Below, piece by piece: positions 26,301-39,235 of a DNA stretch of 64,000 nucleotides. The DNA is taken from contig OZ024742.1 in assembly GCA_964016885.1 (NCBI GenBank), positions 167,214,001-167,278,000 of the forward strand, given 5' to 3'. The translations under genes were made by a program, and so were the position numbers. The number at the start of each line of letters is the position of its first letter. Within the stretch, counting starts at the first letter, position 1. The notes under the pieces are model-generated. The model was not told where the DNA came from, made no database searches, and was given only the letters and a program-made list of their open reading frames with translations. This DNA is from Eledone cirrhosa. Taxonomy: Eukaryota.

Positions 26301-29300
26301 ATTTGTAAAAAAAAATCAATTGGAGATAATTTCCAGCCGTCCAAGGGGAGATAATTTTCAGCCGTCCAAGGAGAGGTAATTTCTAGACGTCCAAGGGGAG
26401 ATAATTTCCAGCCGTCCAATGGGAGATAATTTCCAGCCGTCCAAGGGGAGATAATTTTTAAAAAAAAATCAGGCGGAGATAATTTGTAAAAAAAATCTAG
26501 GGGAGATAATTTGCAGCCGTCCAAGGGGAGATAATTTTCAGTCGTCCAAGGAGAGGTAATTTCTAGCCGTCCAAGGGGAGATAATTTCCAGCCGTCAAAG
26601 GGGAGATAATTTCCAGCCGTCCAAGGGGAGATAATTTTTTTAAAAAAATCAGGCGGAGATAATTTGTAAAAAAAATCAGGGGGAGATAATTTGTAAAAAA
26701 AAATCAGGGGGAGATAATTTGTAAAAAAAAATCAGGGGGAGATAATTTGTAAAAAAAATCAAGGAGAGATAATTTCCAGCCGTCCAAGGGAAGATAATTT
26801 CAAGCCCTCCAAGGGGCTATAATTTCCAGTGTCCAAGGGGAGATAATTTCCAGCCAGCGAAGGGGAGATAATTTTTTTTTAAAAATCAGGGGGAGATTTG
26901 TAAAAAAAATCAAGGGGAGATAATTTGTAAAAAAATCAGGGGGAGATAATTTGTAAAAAAAAATCAGGGGGAGATAATTTGTAAAAAAAATCAGGGGGAG
27001 ATAATTTGTAAAAAAAAATCAGGGGTAGATAATTTGTAAAAAAAAATCAGGGGGAGATAATTTGTAAAAAAAAAATCAGGGGGAGATAATTTGTAAAAAA
27101 AATCAAGGGGAGATAATTTCCAGCCGTCCAAGGAGAGATAATTTTTTAAAAAAATCAGGCGGAGATAATTTGCAAAAAAAAATCAAGGGGAGATAATTTG
27201 TAAAAAAAAATCAGGGGGAGATAATTTGTAAAAAAAATCAAGGGGAGATAATTTCCAGCCGTCCAAGGGAAGATAATTTCAAGCCCTCCAAGGGGCTATA
27301 ATTTCCAGTGTCCAAGGGGAGATAATTTCCAGCCAGCGAAGGGGAGATAATTTTTTTAAAAAAATCAGGGGGAGATATGTAAAAAAAATCAGAGGGAGAT
27401 AATTTCTAAAAAAAATCAAAGGGAGATAATTTCCAGCCGTCCAAAGAGAGATAATTTCTAGCCGTCCAAGGGGAGATAATTTCCAGCCAAGGGGAGATAA
27501 TTTCCAGCCGTCCAAGGGGAGATAATTATTTAAAAAATCAGGGGGAGATAATTTGTAAAAACAAAATCAAGGGCAGATAATTTCCAGCTGTCCAAGGGGA
27601 GATAATTTCCAGCCGTGCAAGGGGAGATAATTTCCAGCCGTCCAAGGGGAGATAATTTCCATCCTTCCAAGGGGAGATAATTTCCAGCCGTCCAAGGGGA
27701 GATAATTTCCCGCCAGCCAAGGGAAGATAATTTTTTAAAAAATCAGGCGGAGATTGTAAAAAAAATCAGGGGGAGATAATTTGTAAAAAAATCAGGGGGA
27801 GATAATTTGTAAAAAAAAAATCAGGGGAGATAATTTGTAAAAAAAAATCAGGGGGAGATAATTTGTAAAAAAAAAATCAGGGGGAGATAATTTGTAAAAA
27901 AAATCAGGGGTAGATAATTTGTAAAAAAAAATCAGGGGGAGATAATTTGTAAAAAAAAATCAGTGGGAGATAATTTGTAAAAAAATCAAGGGGAGATAAT
28001 ATGCAGCCGTCCAAGGGGAGATAATTTTCAGCCGTCCAAGGAGAGTTAATTTCTAGCCGTCCAAGGGGAGATAATTTCCAGCCGTCCAAGGGGAGATAAT
28101 TTCCAGCCGTCCAAGGGGAGATAGTTTTTTTAAAAAAATCAGGCGGAGATAATTTGTAAAAAAAAAATCAGGGGGAGATAATTTGTAAAAAAAAATCAGG
28201 GGGAGATAATTTGTAAAAAAAAATCAAGGGGAGATAATTTGTTAAAAAAATCAGGGGGAGATAATTAGTAAAAAAATCAAGGGGAGATAATTTCCAGCCG
28301 TCCAAGGGGAGGTAATATCTAGCCGTCCAAGGGGAGATAATTTCCAGCCGTCCAAGGGTAGATAATATCCAGCCGTCCAAGTAGACATATTTTCCAGCCG
28401 TCCAAGGAGAGGTAATTTCTAGCCGTCCAAGGGGAGATAAATTCTAGCCTCCAAGGGGAGATAATTTCCAGCAAGCCAAGGGGAGATAATTTGTAAAAAA
28501 ATCAGGGGGAGATAATTTGTAAAAAAAATCAGGGGGAGATAATTTGTAAAAAAAAATCAGGGGGAGATAATTTGTAAAAAAAATCAGGGGGAGATAATTT
28601 GTAAAAAAAAATCAGGGGGAGATAATTTGTAAAAAAAAATCAGGGGGAGATAATTTGTAAAAAAAAATCAGGGGGAGATAATTTGTAAAAAAAATCAAGG
28701 GGAGATAATTTCCAGCCGTCCAAGGGGAGATAATTTCCAGCCGTCCAAGGGGAGGTAATATCTAGCCGTCCAAGGGGAGATAATTTCCAGCCGTCCAAGA
28801 GGAGATAATTTCCAGCCGTCCAAGGGAAGATAATTTCAAGCCCTCCAAGGGGCTATAATTTCCAGTGTCCAAGGGGAGATAATTTCCAGCCAGCGAAGGG
28901 GAGATAATTTTTTTTTAAAAATCAGGGGGAGATTTGTAAAAAAAATCAGGGGGAGATAATTTGTAAAAAAAATCAAGGGGAGATAATTTCCAGCCGTCGA
29001 AGGGAAGATAATTTCCAGCCCTCCAAGGGGCTATAATTTCCAGCGTCCAAGGGGAGATAATTTCCAGCCAGCGAAGGGGAGATAATTTTTTTAAAAAAAT
29101 CATTGGGAGATTTGTAAAAAAAATCAGGGAGAGATAATTTGTAAAAAAAATCAAGGGGAGATAATTTCCAGCCGTCCAAGGGGAGGTAATATCTAGCCGT
29201 CCAAGGGGAGATAATTTCCAGCCGTCCAAGGGGAGATAATTTCCAGCCGTCCAAGGGTAGATAATATCCAGCCGTCCAAGTAGACATTTTCCAGCCGTCC

Positions 29301-30953
29301 AAGGAGAGGTAATTTCTAGCCGTCCAAGGGGAGATAAATTCCAGCCTCCAAGGGGAGATAATTTCCAGCCAGCCAAGGGGAGATAATTTGTAAAAAAATC
29401 AGGGGGAGATAATTTGTAAAAAAATCAGGGGGAGATAATTTGTAAAAAAAAATCAGGGGGAGATAATTTGTAAAAAAAAATCAGGGGGAGATAATTTGTA
29501 AAAAAAAATCAGGGGGAGATAATTTGTAAAAAAAATCAAGGGGAGATAATTTCCAGCCGTCCAAGGGGAGATAATTTCCATCCTTCCAAGGGGAGATAAT
29601 TTCCAGCCGTCCAAGGGGAGATAATTACCCGCCAGCCAAGGGAAGATAATTTTTAAAAAAATCAGGCGGAGATTGTAAAAAAAATCAGGGGGAGATAATT
29701 TGTAAAAAAATCAGGGGGAGATAATTTGTAAAAAAAAAATCAGGGGGAGACAATTTGTAAAAAAAATCAGGGGGAAATAATTTGTAAAAAAAAATCAAGG
29801 GGAGATAATTTGTACAAAAAATCAGGGGTATATAATTTGTAAAAAAAAATCAGGGGGAGATAATTTGTAAAAAAAAATCAGGGGGAGATAATTTGTAAAA
29901 AAAATCAAGGGGAGATAATTTGCAGCCGTCCAAGGGGAGATAATTTTCAGCCGTCCAAGGAGAGGTAATTTCTAGCCGTCCAAGGTGAGATAATATCCAG
30001 CCGTCCAAGGGGAGATAATTTCCAGCCGTCCAAGGGGAGATAATTTTTAAAAAAAAACAGGCGAAGATAATTTGTAAAAAAAAAATCAGGGGGAGATAAT
30101 TTGTAAAAAAAAATCAGGGGGAGATAATTTGTAAAAAAAAATCAGGGGGAGGTAATTTGTAAAAAAAATCAAGGGGAGATAATTTCCAGCCGTCCAAGGG
30201 AAGATAATTTCCAGCCCTCCAAGGGGCTATAATTTCCAGCGTCCAAGGGGAGATAATTTCCAGCCAGCGAAGGGGAGATAATTGTTTTAAAAAAATCATT
30301 GGGAGATTTGTAAAAAAAATCAGGGGGAGATAATTAATAAAAAAAATCAAGGGGAGATAATTCCAGCCGTCCAAGGGGAGGTAATATCTAGCCGTCCAAG
30401 GGGAGATAATTTCCAGCCGTCCAAGGGGAGATAATTTCCAGCCGTTCAAGGGTAGATAATATCCAGCCGTCCAAGGAGACATATTTTCCAGCCGTGCAAG
30501 GAGAGGTAATTTCTAGCCGTCCAAGGGGAGATAAATTCCAGCCTCCAAGGGGAGATAATTTCCAGCCAGCCAAGGGGAGATAATTTGTAAAAAAATCAGG
30601 GGGAGATAATTTGTAAAAAAAGTCAGGGGTAGATAATTTGTAAAAAAAAATCAGGGGGAGATAATTTGTAAAAAAAAATCAGGGGGAGATAATTTGTAAA
30701 AAAAATCAAGGGGAGATAATTTCCAGCCATCCAAGGAGAGATAATTTTTAAAAAAAATCAGGCGGAGATAATTTGTAAAAAAAAATCAGGGGGAGATAAT
30801 TTGTAAAAAAAATCAGGGGGTGATAATTTGTAAAAAAAATCAAGGGGAGATAATTTCCAGCCGTCCAAGGGGAGATAATTTCCAGCCGTCCAAGGGGACA
30901 TAAATTTTTTAAAAAAATCAGGCGGAGATAATTTGTAAAAAAAATCAGGGGGA
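17348..30953 (+). repeat. Super-unit 2 (13.61 kb; two copies of the ~3.77-kb HOR)
   Basis: Offsets of ~13,605 for 17339/30945, 17698/31304 and 14563/28168. The TCAATTGG marker occurs twice (~22565, ~26316). Confidence 0.9.
20012..27537 (+). repeat. Two tandem copies of the ~3.77-kb HOR
   Basis: Equivalent ORFs at 20012/23816/27538, 21053/24831 and 22510/26288. Confidence 0.92.
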
Positions 30954-33900
30954 GATAAATTGTAAAAAAAAATCAGGGGAAGATAATTTGTAAAAAAAAT
31001 CAGGGGGAGATAATTTCCAGCCGTCCAAGGTAAGATAATTTCCAGCCCTCCAAGGGGCTATAATTTCCAGCATCCAAGGGGAGATAATTTCCAGCCGTCC
31101 AAGGGTAGATAATATCCAGCCGTCCAAGTAGACATATTTTCCAGCCGTCCAAGGAGAGGTAATTTCTAGCCGTCCAAGGGGAGATAAATTCCAGCCTCCA
31201 AGGGGAGATAATTTCCAGCCAGCCAAGGGGAGATAATTTGTAAAAAAATCAGGGGGAGATAATTTGTAAAAAAAATCAGGGGGAGATAATTTGTAAAAAA
31301 AAATCAGGGGGAGATAATTTGTAAAAAAAAATCAGGGGGAGATAATTTCCAGCCGTCCAAGGGGAGATAATTTTCAGCCGTCCAAGGGTAGATAATATCC
31401 AGCCGTCCAAGTAGACATTTTCCAGCCGTCCAAGGAGAGGTAATTTCTAGCCGTCCAAGGGGAGATAAATTCCAGCCTCCAAGGGGAGATAATTTCCAGC
31501 CAGCCAAGGGGAGATAATTTGTAAAAAAATCAGGGGGAGATAATTTGTAAAAAAAATCAGGGGGAGATAATTTGTAAAAAAAAATCAGGGGGAGATAATT
31601 TGTAAAAAAAAATCAGGGGGAGATAATTTGTAAAAAAAATCAAGGGGAGATAATTTCCAGCCGTCCAAGGGGAGATAATTTTCAGCCGTCCAAGGGGAGA
31701 TAATTTCCAGCCGTCCAAGGGGAGATAATTTCCATCCTTCCAAGGGGAGATAATTTCCAGCCTTCCAAGGGGAGATAATTTTCAGCCGTCCAAGGGGAGA
31801 TAATTTCCCGCCAGCCAAGGGAAGATAATATTTTAAAAAATCAGGCGGAGATAATTTGTAAAAAAAATCAGGGGGAGATAATTTGTAAAAAAATCAGGGG
31901 GAGATAATTTGTAAAAAAAAAATCAGGGGGAGATAATTTGTAAAAAAAATCAGGGGGAGATAATTTGTAAAAAAAAATCAGGGGTAGATAATTTGTAAAA
32001 AAAAATCAGGGGGAGATAATTTGTAAAAAAAAAATCAGGGGGAGATAATTTGTAAAAAAAATCAAGGGGAGATAATTTCCAGCCGTCCAAGGAGAGATAA
32101 TTTTTAAAAAAAATCAGGCGGAGATAATTTGTAAAAAAAAATCAGGGGGAGATAATTTCCAGCCGTCGAAGGGAAGATAATTTCCAGCCCTCCAAGGGGC
32201 TATAATTTCCAGCGTCCAAGGGGAGATAATTTCCAGCCAGCGAAGGGGAGATAATTTTTTTAAAAAAATCATTGGGAGATTTGTAAAAAAAATCAGGGGG
32301 AGATAATTTGTAAAAAAAATCAAGGGGAGATAATTTCCAGCCGTCCAAGGGGAGGTAATATCTAGCCGTCCAAGGGGAGATAATTTCCAGCCGTCCAAGG
32401 GGAGATAATTTCCAGCCGTCCAAGGGTAGATAATATCCAGCCGTCCAAGTAGACATTTTCCAGCCGTCCAAGGAGAGGTAATTTCTAGCCGTCCAAGGGG
32501 AGATAAATTCCAGCCTCCAAGGGGAGATAATTTCCAGCCAGCCAAGGGGAGATAATTTGTAAAAAAATCAGGGGGAGATAATTTGTAAAAAAAATCAAGG
32601 GGAGATAATTTGTAAAAAAAAATCAGGGGGAGATAATTTGTAAAAAAAAATCAGGGGGAGATAATTTGTAAAGAAAAATCAGGGGGAGATAATTTGTAAA
32701 AAAATCAAGGGGAGATAATTTCCAGCCGTCCAAGGGGAGATAATTTTCAGCCGTCCAAGGGGAGATAATTTCCAGCCGTCCAAGGGGAGATAATTTCCAT
32801 CCTTCCAAGGGGAGATAATTTGTAAAAAAAAATCAGGGGGAGATAATTTGTAAAAAAAAATCAAGGGGAGATAATTTCCAGCCGTCCAAGGGGAGATAAT
32901 TTTCAGCCGTCCAAGGGGAGATAATTTCCCGCCAGCCAAGGGAAGATAATATTTAAAAAAATCAGGCGGAGATAATTTGTAATAAAAATCAGGGGGAGAT
33001 AATTTGTAAAAAAATCAGGGGGAGATAATTTGTAAAAAAAAAATCAGGGGGAGATAATTTGTAAAAAAAATCAGGAGGAGATAATTTGTAAAAAAAAATC
33101 AGGGGTAGATAATTTGTAAAAAAAAATCAGGGGGAGATAATTTGTAAAAAAAAATCAGGGGGAGATAATTTGTAAAAAAAATCAAGGGGAGATAATTTCC
33201 AGCCGTCCAAGGAGAGATAATTTAAAAAAAAAATCAGGCGGAGATAATTTGTAAAAAAAAATCAAGGGGAGATAATTTGTAAAAAAAAATCAGGGGGAGA
33301 TAATTTGTAAAAAAAATCAAGGGGAGATAATTTCCAGCCGTCCAAGGGAAGATAATTTCCAGCACTCCAAGGGGCTATAATTTCCAGTGTCCAAGGGGAG
33401 ATAATTTCCAGCCAGCGAAGGGGAGATAATTTTTTTAAAAAAATCAGGGGGAGATATGTAAAAAAATTTCTAAAAAAAATCAAAGGGAGATAATTTCCAG
33501 CCGTCCAAAGAGAGATAATTTCTAGCCGTCCAAGGGGAGATAATTTCCAGCCAAGGGGAGATAATTTCCAGCCGTCCAAAGGGGAGATAATTTTTTAAAA
33601 AATCAGGTGGAGATAATTTGTAAAAAAAATCAGGGGGAGATAATTTGTAAAAACAAAATCAAGGGCAGATAATTTCCAGCTGTCCAAGGGGAGATAATTT
33701 CCAGCCGTGCAAGGGGAGATAATTTCCAGCCGTCCAAGGGGAGATAATTTCCATCCTTCCAAGGGGAGATAATCTCCAGCCGTCCAAGGGGAGATAATTT
33801 CCCGCCAGCCAAGGGAAGATAATTTTTAAAAAAATCAGGCGGAGATTGTAAAAAAAATCAGGGGGAGATAATTTGTAAAAAAATCAGGGGGAGATAATTT

Positions 33901-36900
33901 GTAAAAAAAAAATCAGGGGAGATAATTTGTAAAAAAAAATCAGGGGGAGATAATTTGTAAAAAATAATCAGGGGTAGATAATTTGTAAAAAAAAATCAGG
34001 GGGAGATAATTTGTAAAAAAAAATCAGGGGGAGATAATTTGTAAAAAAATCAAGGGGAGATAATATGCAGCCGTCCAAGGGGAGATAATTTTCAGCCGTC
34101 CAAGGAGAGGTAATTTCTAGCCGTCCAAGGGGAGATAATTTCCAGCCGTCCAAGGGGAGATAATTTCAAGCCGTCCAAGGGGAGATAGTTTTTTTAAAAA
34201 AATCAGGCGGAGATAATTTGTAAAAAAAAAATCAGGGGGAGATAATTTGTAAAAAAAAATCAGGGGGAGATAATTTGTAAAAAAAATCAGGGGGAGATAA
34301 TTTGTAAAAAAAATCAAGGGGAGATAATTTCCAGCCGTCCAAGGGAAGATAATTTCAAGCCCTCCAAGGGGCTATAATTTCCAGTGTCCAAGGGGAGATA
34401 ATTTCCAGCCAGCGAAGGGGAGATATTTTTTTTTTAAAAATCAGGGGGAGATTTGTAAAAAAAATCAGGGGGAGATAATTTGCAAAAAAAATCAAAGGGA
34501 GATAATTTCCAGCCGTCCAAAGAGAGATAATTTCTAGCCGTCCAAGGGGAGATAATTTCGAGCCAAGGGGAGATAATTTCCAGCCGTCCAAGGGGAGATA
34601 ATTTTTTAAAAAATCAGGTGGAGATAATTTGTAAAAAAAATCAGGGGGAGATAATTTGTAAAAACAAAATCAAGGGCAGATAATTTCCAGCTGTCCAAGG
34701 GGAGATAATTTCCAGCCGTGCAAGGGGAGATAATTTCCAGCCGTCCAAAGGGAGATAATTTCCATCCTTCCAAGGGGAGATAATTTCCAGCCGTCCAAGG
34801 GGAGATAATTTCCCGCCAGCCAAGAGAAGATAATTTTTTAAAAAATCAGGCGGAGATTGTAAAAAAAATCAGCGGGAGATAATTTGTAAAAAAATCAGGG
34901 GGAGATAATTTGTAAAAAAATCAAGGGGAGATAATTTCCAGCTCTCCAAGGGGAGGTAATATCTAGCCGTCCAAGGGGAGATAATTTCCAGCCGTCCAAG
35001 GGGAGATAATTTCCAGCCGTCCAAGGGTAGATAATATCCAGCCGTCCAAGGAGACATATTTTCCAGCCGTCCAAGGAGAGGTAATTTCTAGCCGTCCAAG
35101 TGGAGATAAATTCCAGCCTCCAAGGGGAGATAATTTCCAGCCAGCCAAGGGGAGATAATTTGTAAAAAAATCAGGGGGAGATAATTTGTAAAAAAAATCA
35201 GGTGGAGATAATTTGTACAAAAAATCAGGGGTAGATAATTTGTAAAAAAAAATCAGGGGGAGATAATTTGTAAAAAAAATCAAGGGGAGATAATTTGCAG
35301 CCGTCCAAGGGGAGATAATTTTCAGCCGTCCAAGGAGAGGTAATTTCTAGCCGTCCAAGGTGAGATAATATCCAGCCGTCCAAGGGGAGATAATTTCCAG
35401 CCGTCCAAGGGGAGATAATTTTTAAAAAAAAACAGGCGGAGATAATTTGTAAAAAAAAAATCAGGGTGAGATAATTTGTAAAAAAAAATCAGGGGGAGAT
35501 AATTTGTAAAAAAAAATCAGGGGGAGGTAATTTATAAAAAAAATCAAGGGGAGATAATTTCCAGCCGTCCAAGGGAAGATAATTTCCAGCCCTCCAAGGG
35601 GCTATAATTTCCAGCGTCCAAGGGGAGATAATTTCCAGCCAGCGAAGGGGAGATAATTTTTTTTTTTTTAAATCAGGGGGACATAATTTGTAAAAAAAAT
35701 AAGGGGGAGATAATCTGTAAAAAAAATCAAGGGGAGATAATTTGTAAAAAAATCAGGGGGAGATAATTTGTAAAAAAAAATCAGGGGGAGATAATTTGTA
35801 AAAAAAATCAAGGGGAGATAATTTGTAAAAAAAATCAAGGGGAGATAATTTCCAGCCGTCCAAGGGGAGATAATTTTCAGCCGTCCAAGGGGAGATAATT
35901 TCCCGCCAGCCAAGGGAAGATAATATTTAAAAAAATCAGGCGGAGATAATTTGTAAAAAAAATCAGGGGGAGATAATTTGTAAAAAAATCAGGGGGAGAT
36001 AATTTGTAAAAAAAAAATCAGGGGGAGATTTGTAAAAAAAATCAGGGGGAGATAATTTGTAAAAAAAAATCAGGGGTAGATAATTTGTAAAAAAAAATCA
36101 GGGGGAGATAATTTGTAAAAAAAAATCAGGGGGAGATAATTTGTAAAAAAAATCAATTGGAGATAATTTCCAGCCGTCCAAGGGGAGATAATTTTCAGCC
36201 GTCCAAGGAGAGGTAATTTCTAGACGTCCAAGGGGAGATAATTTCCAGCCGTCCAATGGGAGATAATTTCCAGCCGTCCAAGGGGAGATAATTTTTAAAA
36301 AAAAATCAGGCGGAGATAATTTGTAAAAAAAATCTAGGGGTGATAATTTGCAGCCGTCCAAGGGGAGATAATTTTCAGTCGTCCAAGGAGAGGTAATTTC
36401 TAGCCGTCCAAGGGGAGATAATTTCCAGCCGTCAAAGGGGAGATAATTTCCAGCCGTCCAAGGGGAGATAATTTTTTTAAAAAAATCAGGCGGAGATAAT
36501 TTGTAAAAAAAATCAGGGGGAGATAATTTGTAAAAAAAAATCAGGGGGAGATAATTTGTAAAAAAAAATCAGGGGGAGATAATTTGTAAAAAAAATCAAG
36601 GAGAGATAATTTCCAGCCGTCCAAGGGAAGATAATTTCAAGCCCTCCAAGGGGCTATAATTTCCAGTGTCCAAGGGGAGATAATTTCCAGCCAGCGAAGG
36701 GGAGATAATTTTTTTTTAAAAATCAGGGGGAGATTTGTAAAAAAAATCAAGGGGAGATAATTTGTAAAAAAATCAGGGGGAGATAATTTGTAAAAAAAAA
36801 ATCAGGGGGAGATAATTTGTAAAAAAAATCAGGGGGAGATAATTTGTAAAAAAAAATCAGGGGTAGATAATTTGTAAAAAAAAATCAGGGGGAGATAATT

Positions 36901-39235
36901 TGTAAAAAAAAAATCAGGGGGAGATAATTTGTAAAAAAAATCAAGGGGAGATAATTTCCAGCCGTCCAAGGAGAGATAATTTTTAAAAAAAATCAGGCGG
37001 AGATAATTTGTAAAAAAAAATCAAGGGGAGATAATTTGTAAAAAAAAATCAGGGGGAGATAATTTGTAAAAAAAATCAAGGGGAGATAATTTCCAGCCGT
37101 CCAAGGGAAGATAATTTCAAGCCCTCCAAGGGGCTATAATTTCCAGTGTCCAAGGGGAGATAATTTCCAGCCAGCGAAGGGGAGATAATTTTTTTAAAAA
37201 ATTCAGGGGGAGATATGTAAAAAAAATCAGAGGGAGATAATTTCTAAAAAAAATCAAAGGGAGATAATTTCCAGCCGTCCAAAGAGAGATAATTTCTAGC
37301 CGTCCAAGGGGAGATAATTTCCAGCCAAGGGGAGATAATTTCCAGCCGTCCAAGGGGAGATAATTATTTAAAAAATCAGGGGGAGATAATTTGTAAAAAC
37401 AAAATCAAGGGCAGATAATTTCCAGCTGTCCAAGGGGAGATAATTTCCAGCCGTGCAAGGGGAGATAATTTCCAGCCGTCCAAGGGGAGATAATTTCCAT
37501 CCTTCCAAGGGGAGATAATTTCCAGCCGTCCAAGGGGAGATAATTTCCCGCCAGCCAAGGGAAGATAATTTTTTAAAAAATCAGGCGGAGATTGTAAAAA
37601 AAATCAGGGGGAGATAATTTGTAAAAAAATCAGGGGGAGATAATTTGTAAAAAAAAAATCAGGGGAGATAATTTGTAAAAAAAAATCAGGGGGAGATAAT
37701 TTGTAAAAAAAAAATCAGGGGGAGATAATTTGTAAAAAAAATCAGGGGTAGATAATTTGTAAAAAAAAATCAGGGGGAGATAATTTGTAAAAAAAAATCA
37801 GTGGGAGATAATTTGTAAAAAAATCAAGGGGAGATAATATGCAGCCGTCCAAGGGGAGATAATTTTCAGCCGTCCAAGGAGAGTTAATTTCTAGCCGTCC
37901 AAGGGGAGATAATTTCCAGCCGTCCAAGGGGAGATAATTTCCAGCCGTCCAAGGGGAGATAGTTTTTTTAAAAAAATCAGGCGGAGATAATTTGTAAAAA
38001 AAAAATCAGGGGGAGATAATTTGTAAAAAAAAATCAGGGGGAGATAATTTGTAAAAAAAAATCAAGGGGAGATAATTTGTTAAAAAAATCAGGGGGAGAT
38101 AATTAGTAAAAAAATCAAGGGGAGATAATTTCCAGCCGTCCAAGGGGAGGTAATATCTAGCCGTCCAAGGGGAGATAATTTCCAGCCGTCCAAGGGTAGA
38201 TAATATCCAGCCGTCCAAGTAGACATATTTTCCAGCCGTCCAAGGAGAGGTAATTTCTAGCCGTCCAAGGGGAGATAAATTCTAGCCTCCAAGGGGAGAT
38301 AATTTCCAGCAAGCCAAGGGGAGATAATTTGTAAAAAAATCAGGGGGAGATAATTTGTAAAAAAAATCAGGGGGAGATAATTTGTAAAAAAAAATCAGGG
38401 GGAGATAATTTGTAAAAAAAATCAGGGGGAGATAATTTGTAAAAAAAAATCAGGGGGAGATAATTTGTAAAAAAAAATCAGGGGGAGATAATTTGTAAAA
38501 AAAAATCAGGGGGAGATAATTTGTAAAAAAAATCAAGGGGAGATAATTTCCAGCCGTCCAAGGGGAGATAATTTCCAGCCGTCCAAGGGGAGGTAATATC
38601 TAGCCGTCCAAGGGGAGATAATTTCCAGCCGTCCAAGAGGAGATAATTTCCAGCCGTCCAAGGGAAGATAATTTCAAGCCCTCCAAGGGGCGATAATTTC
38701 CAGTGTCCAAGGGGAGATAATTTCCAGCCAGCGAAGGGGAGATAATTTTTTTTTAAAAATCAGGGGGAGATTTGTAAAAAAAATCAGGGGGAGATAATTT
38801 GTAAAAAAAATCAAGGGGAGATAATTTCCAGCCGTCGAAGGGAAGATAATTTCCAGCCCTCCAAGGGGCTATAATTTCCAGCGTCCAAGAGGAGATAATT
38901 TCCAGCCAGCGAAGGGGAGATAATTTTTTTAAAAAAATCATTGGGAGATTTGTAAAAAAAATCAGGGAGAGATAATTTGTAAAAAAAATCAAGGGGAGAT
39001 AATTTCCAGCCGTCCAAGGGGAGGTAATATCTAGCCGTCCAAGGGGAGATAATTTCCAGCCGTCCAAGGGGAGATAATTTCCAGCCGTCCAAGGGTAGAT
39101 AATATCCAGCCGTCCAAGTAGACATTTTCCAGCCGTCCAAGGAGAGGTAATTTCTAGCCGTCCAAGGGGAGATAAATTCCAGCCTCCAAGGGGAGATAAT
39201 TTCCAGCCAGCCAAGGGGAGATAATTTGTAAAAAA
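30954..39235 (+). repeat. Super-unit 3 (one copy of the ~3.77-kb HOR; departs from the pattern at ~39.2 kb)
   Basis: Offset of 9,838 for 27538/37376, 27904/37742, 28168/38006 and 28915/38753. A single TCAATTGG marker at ~36153. Confidence 0.88.
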
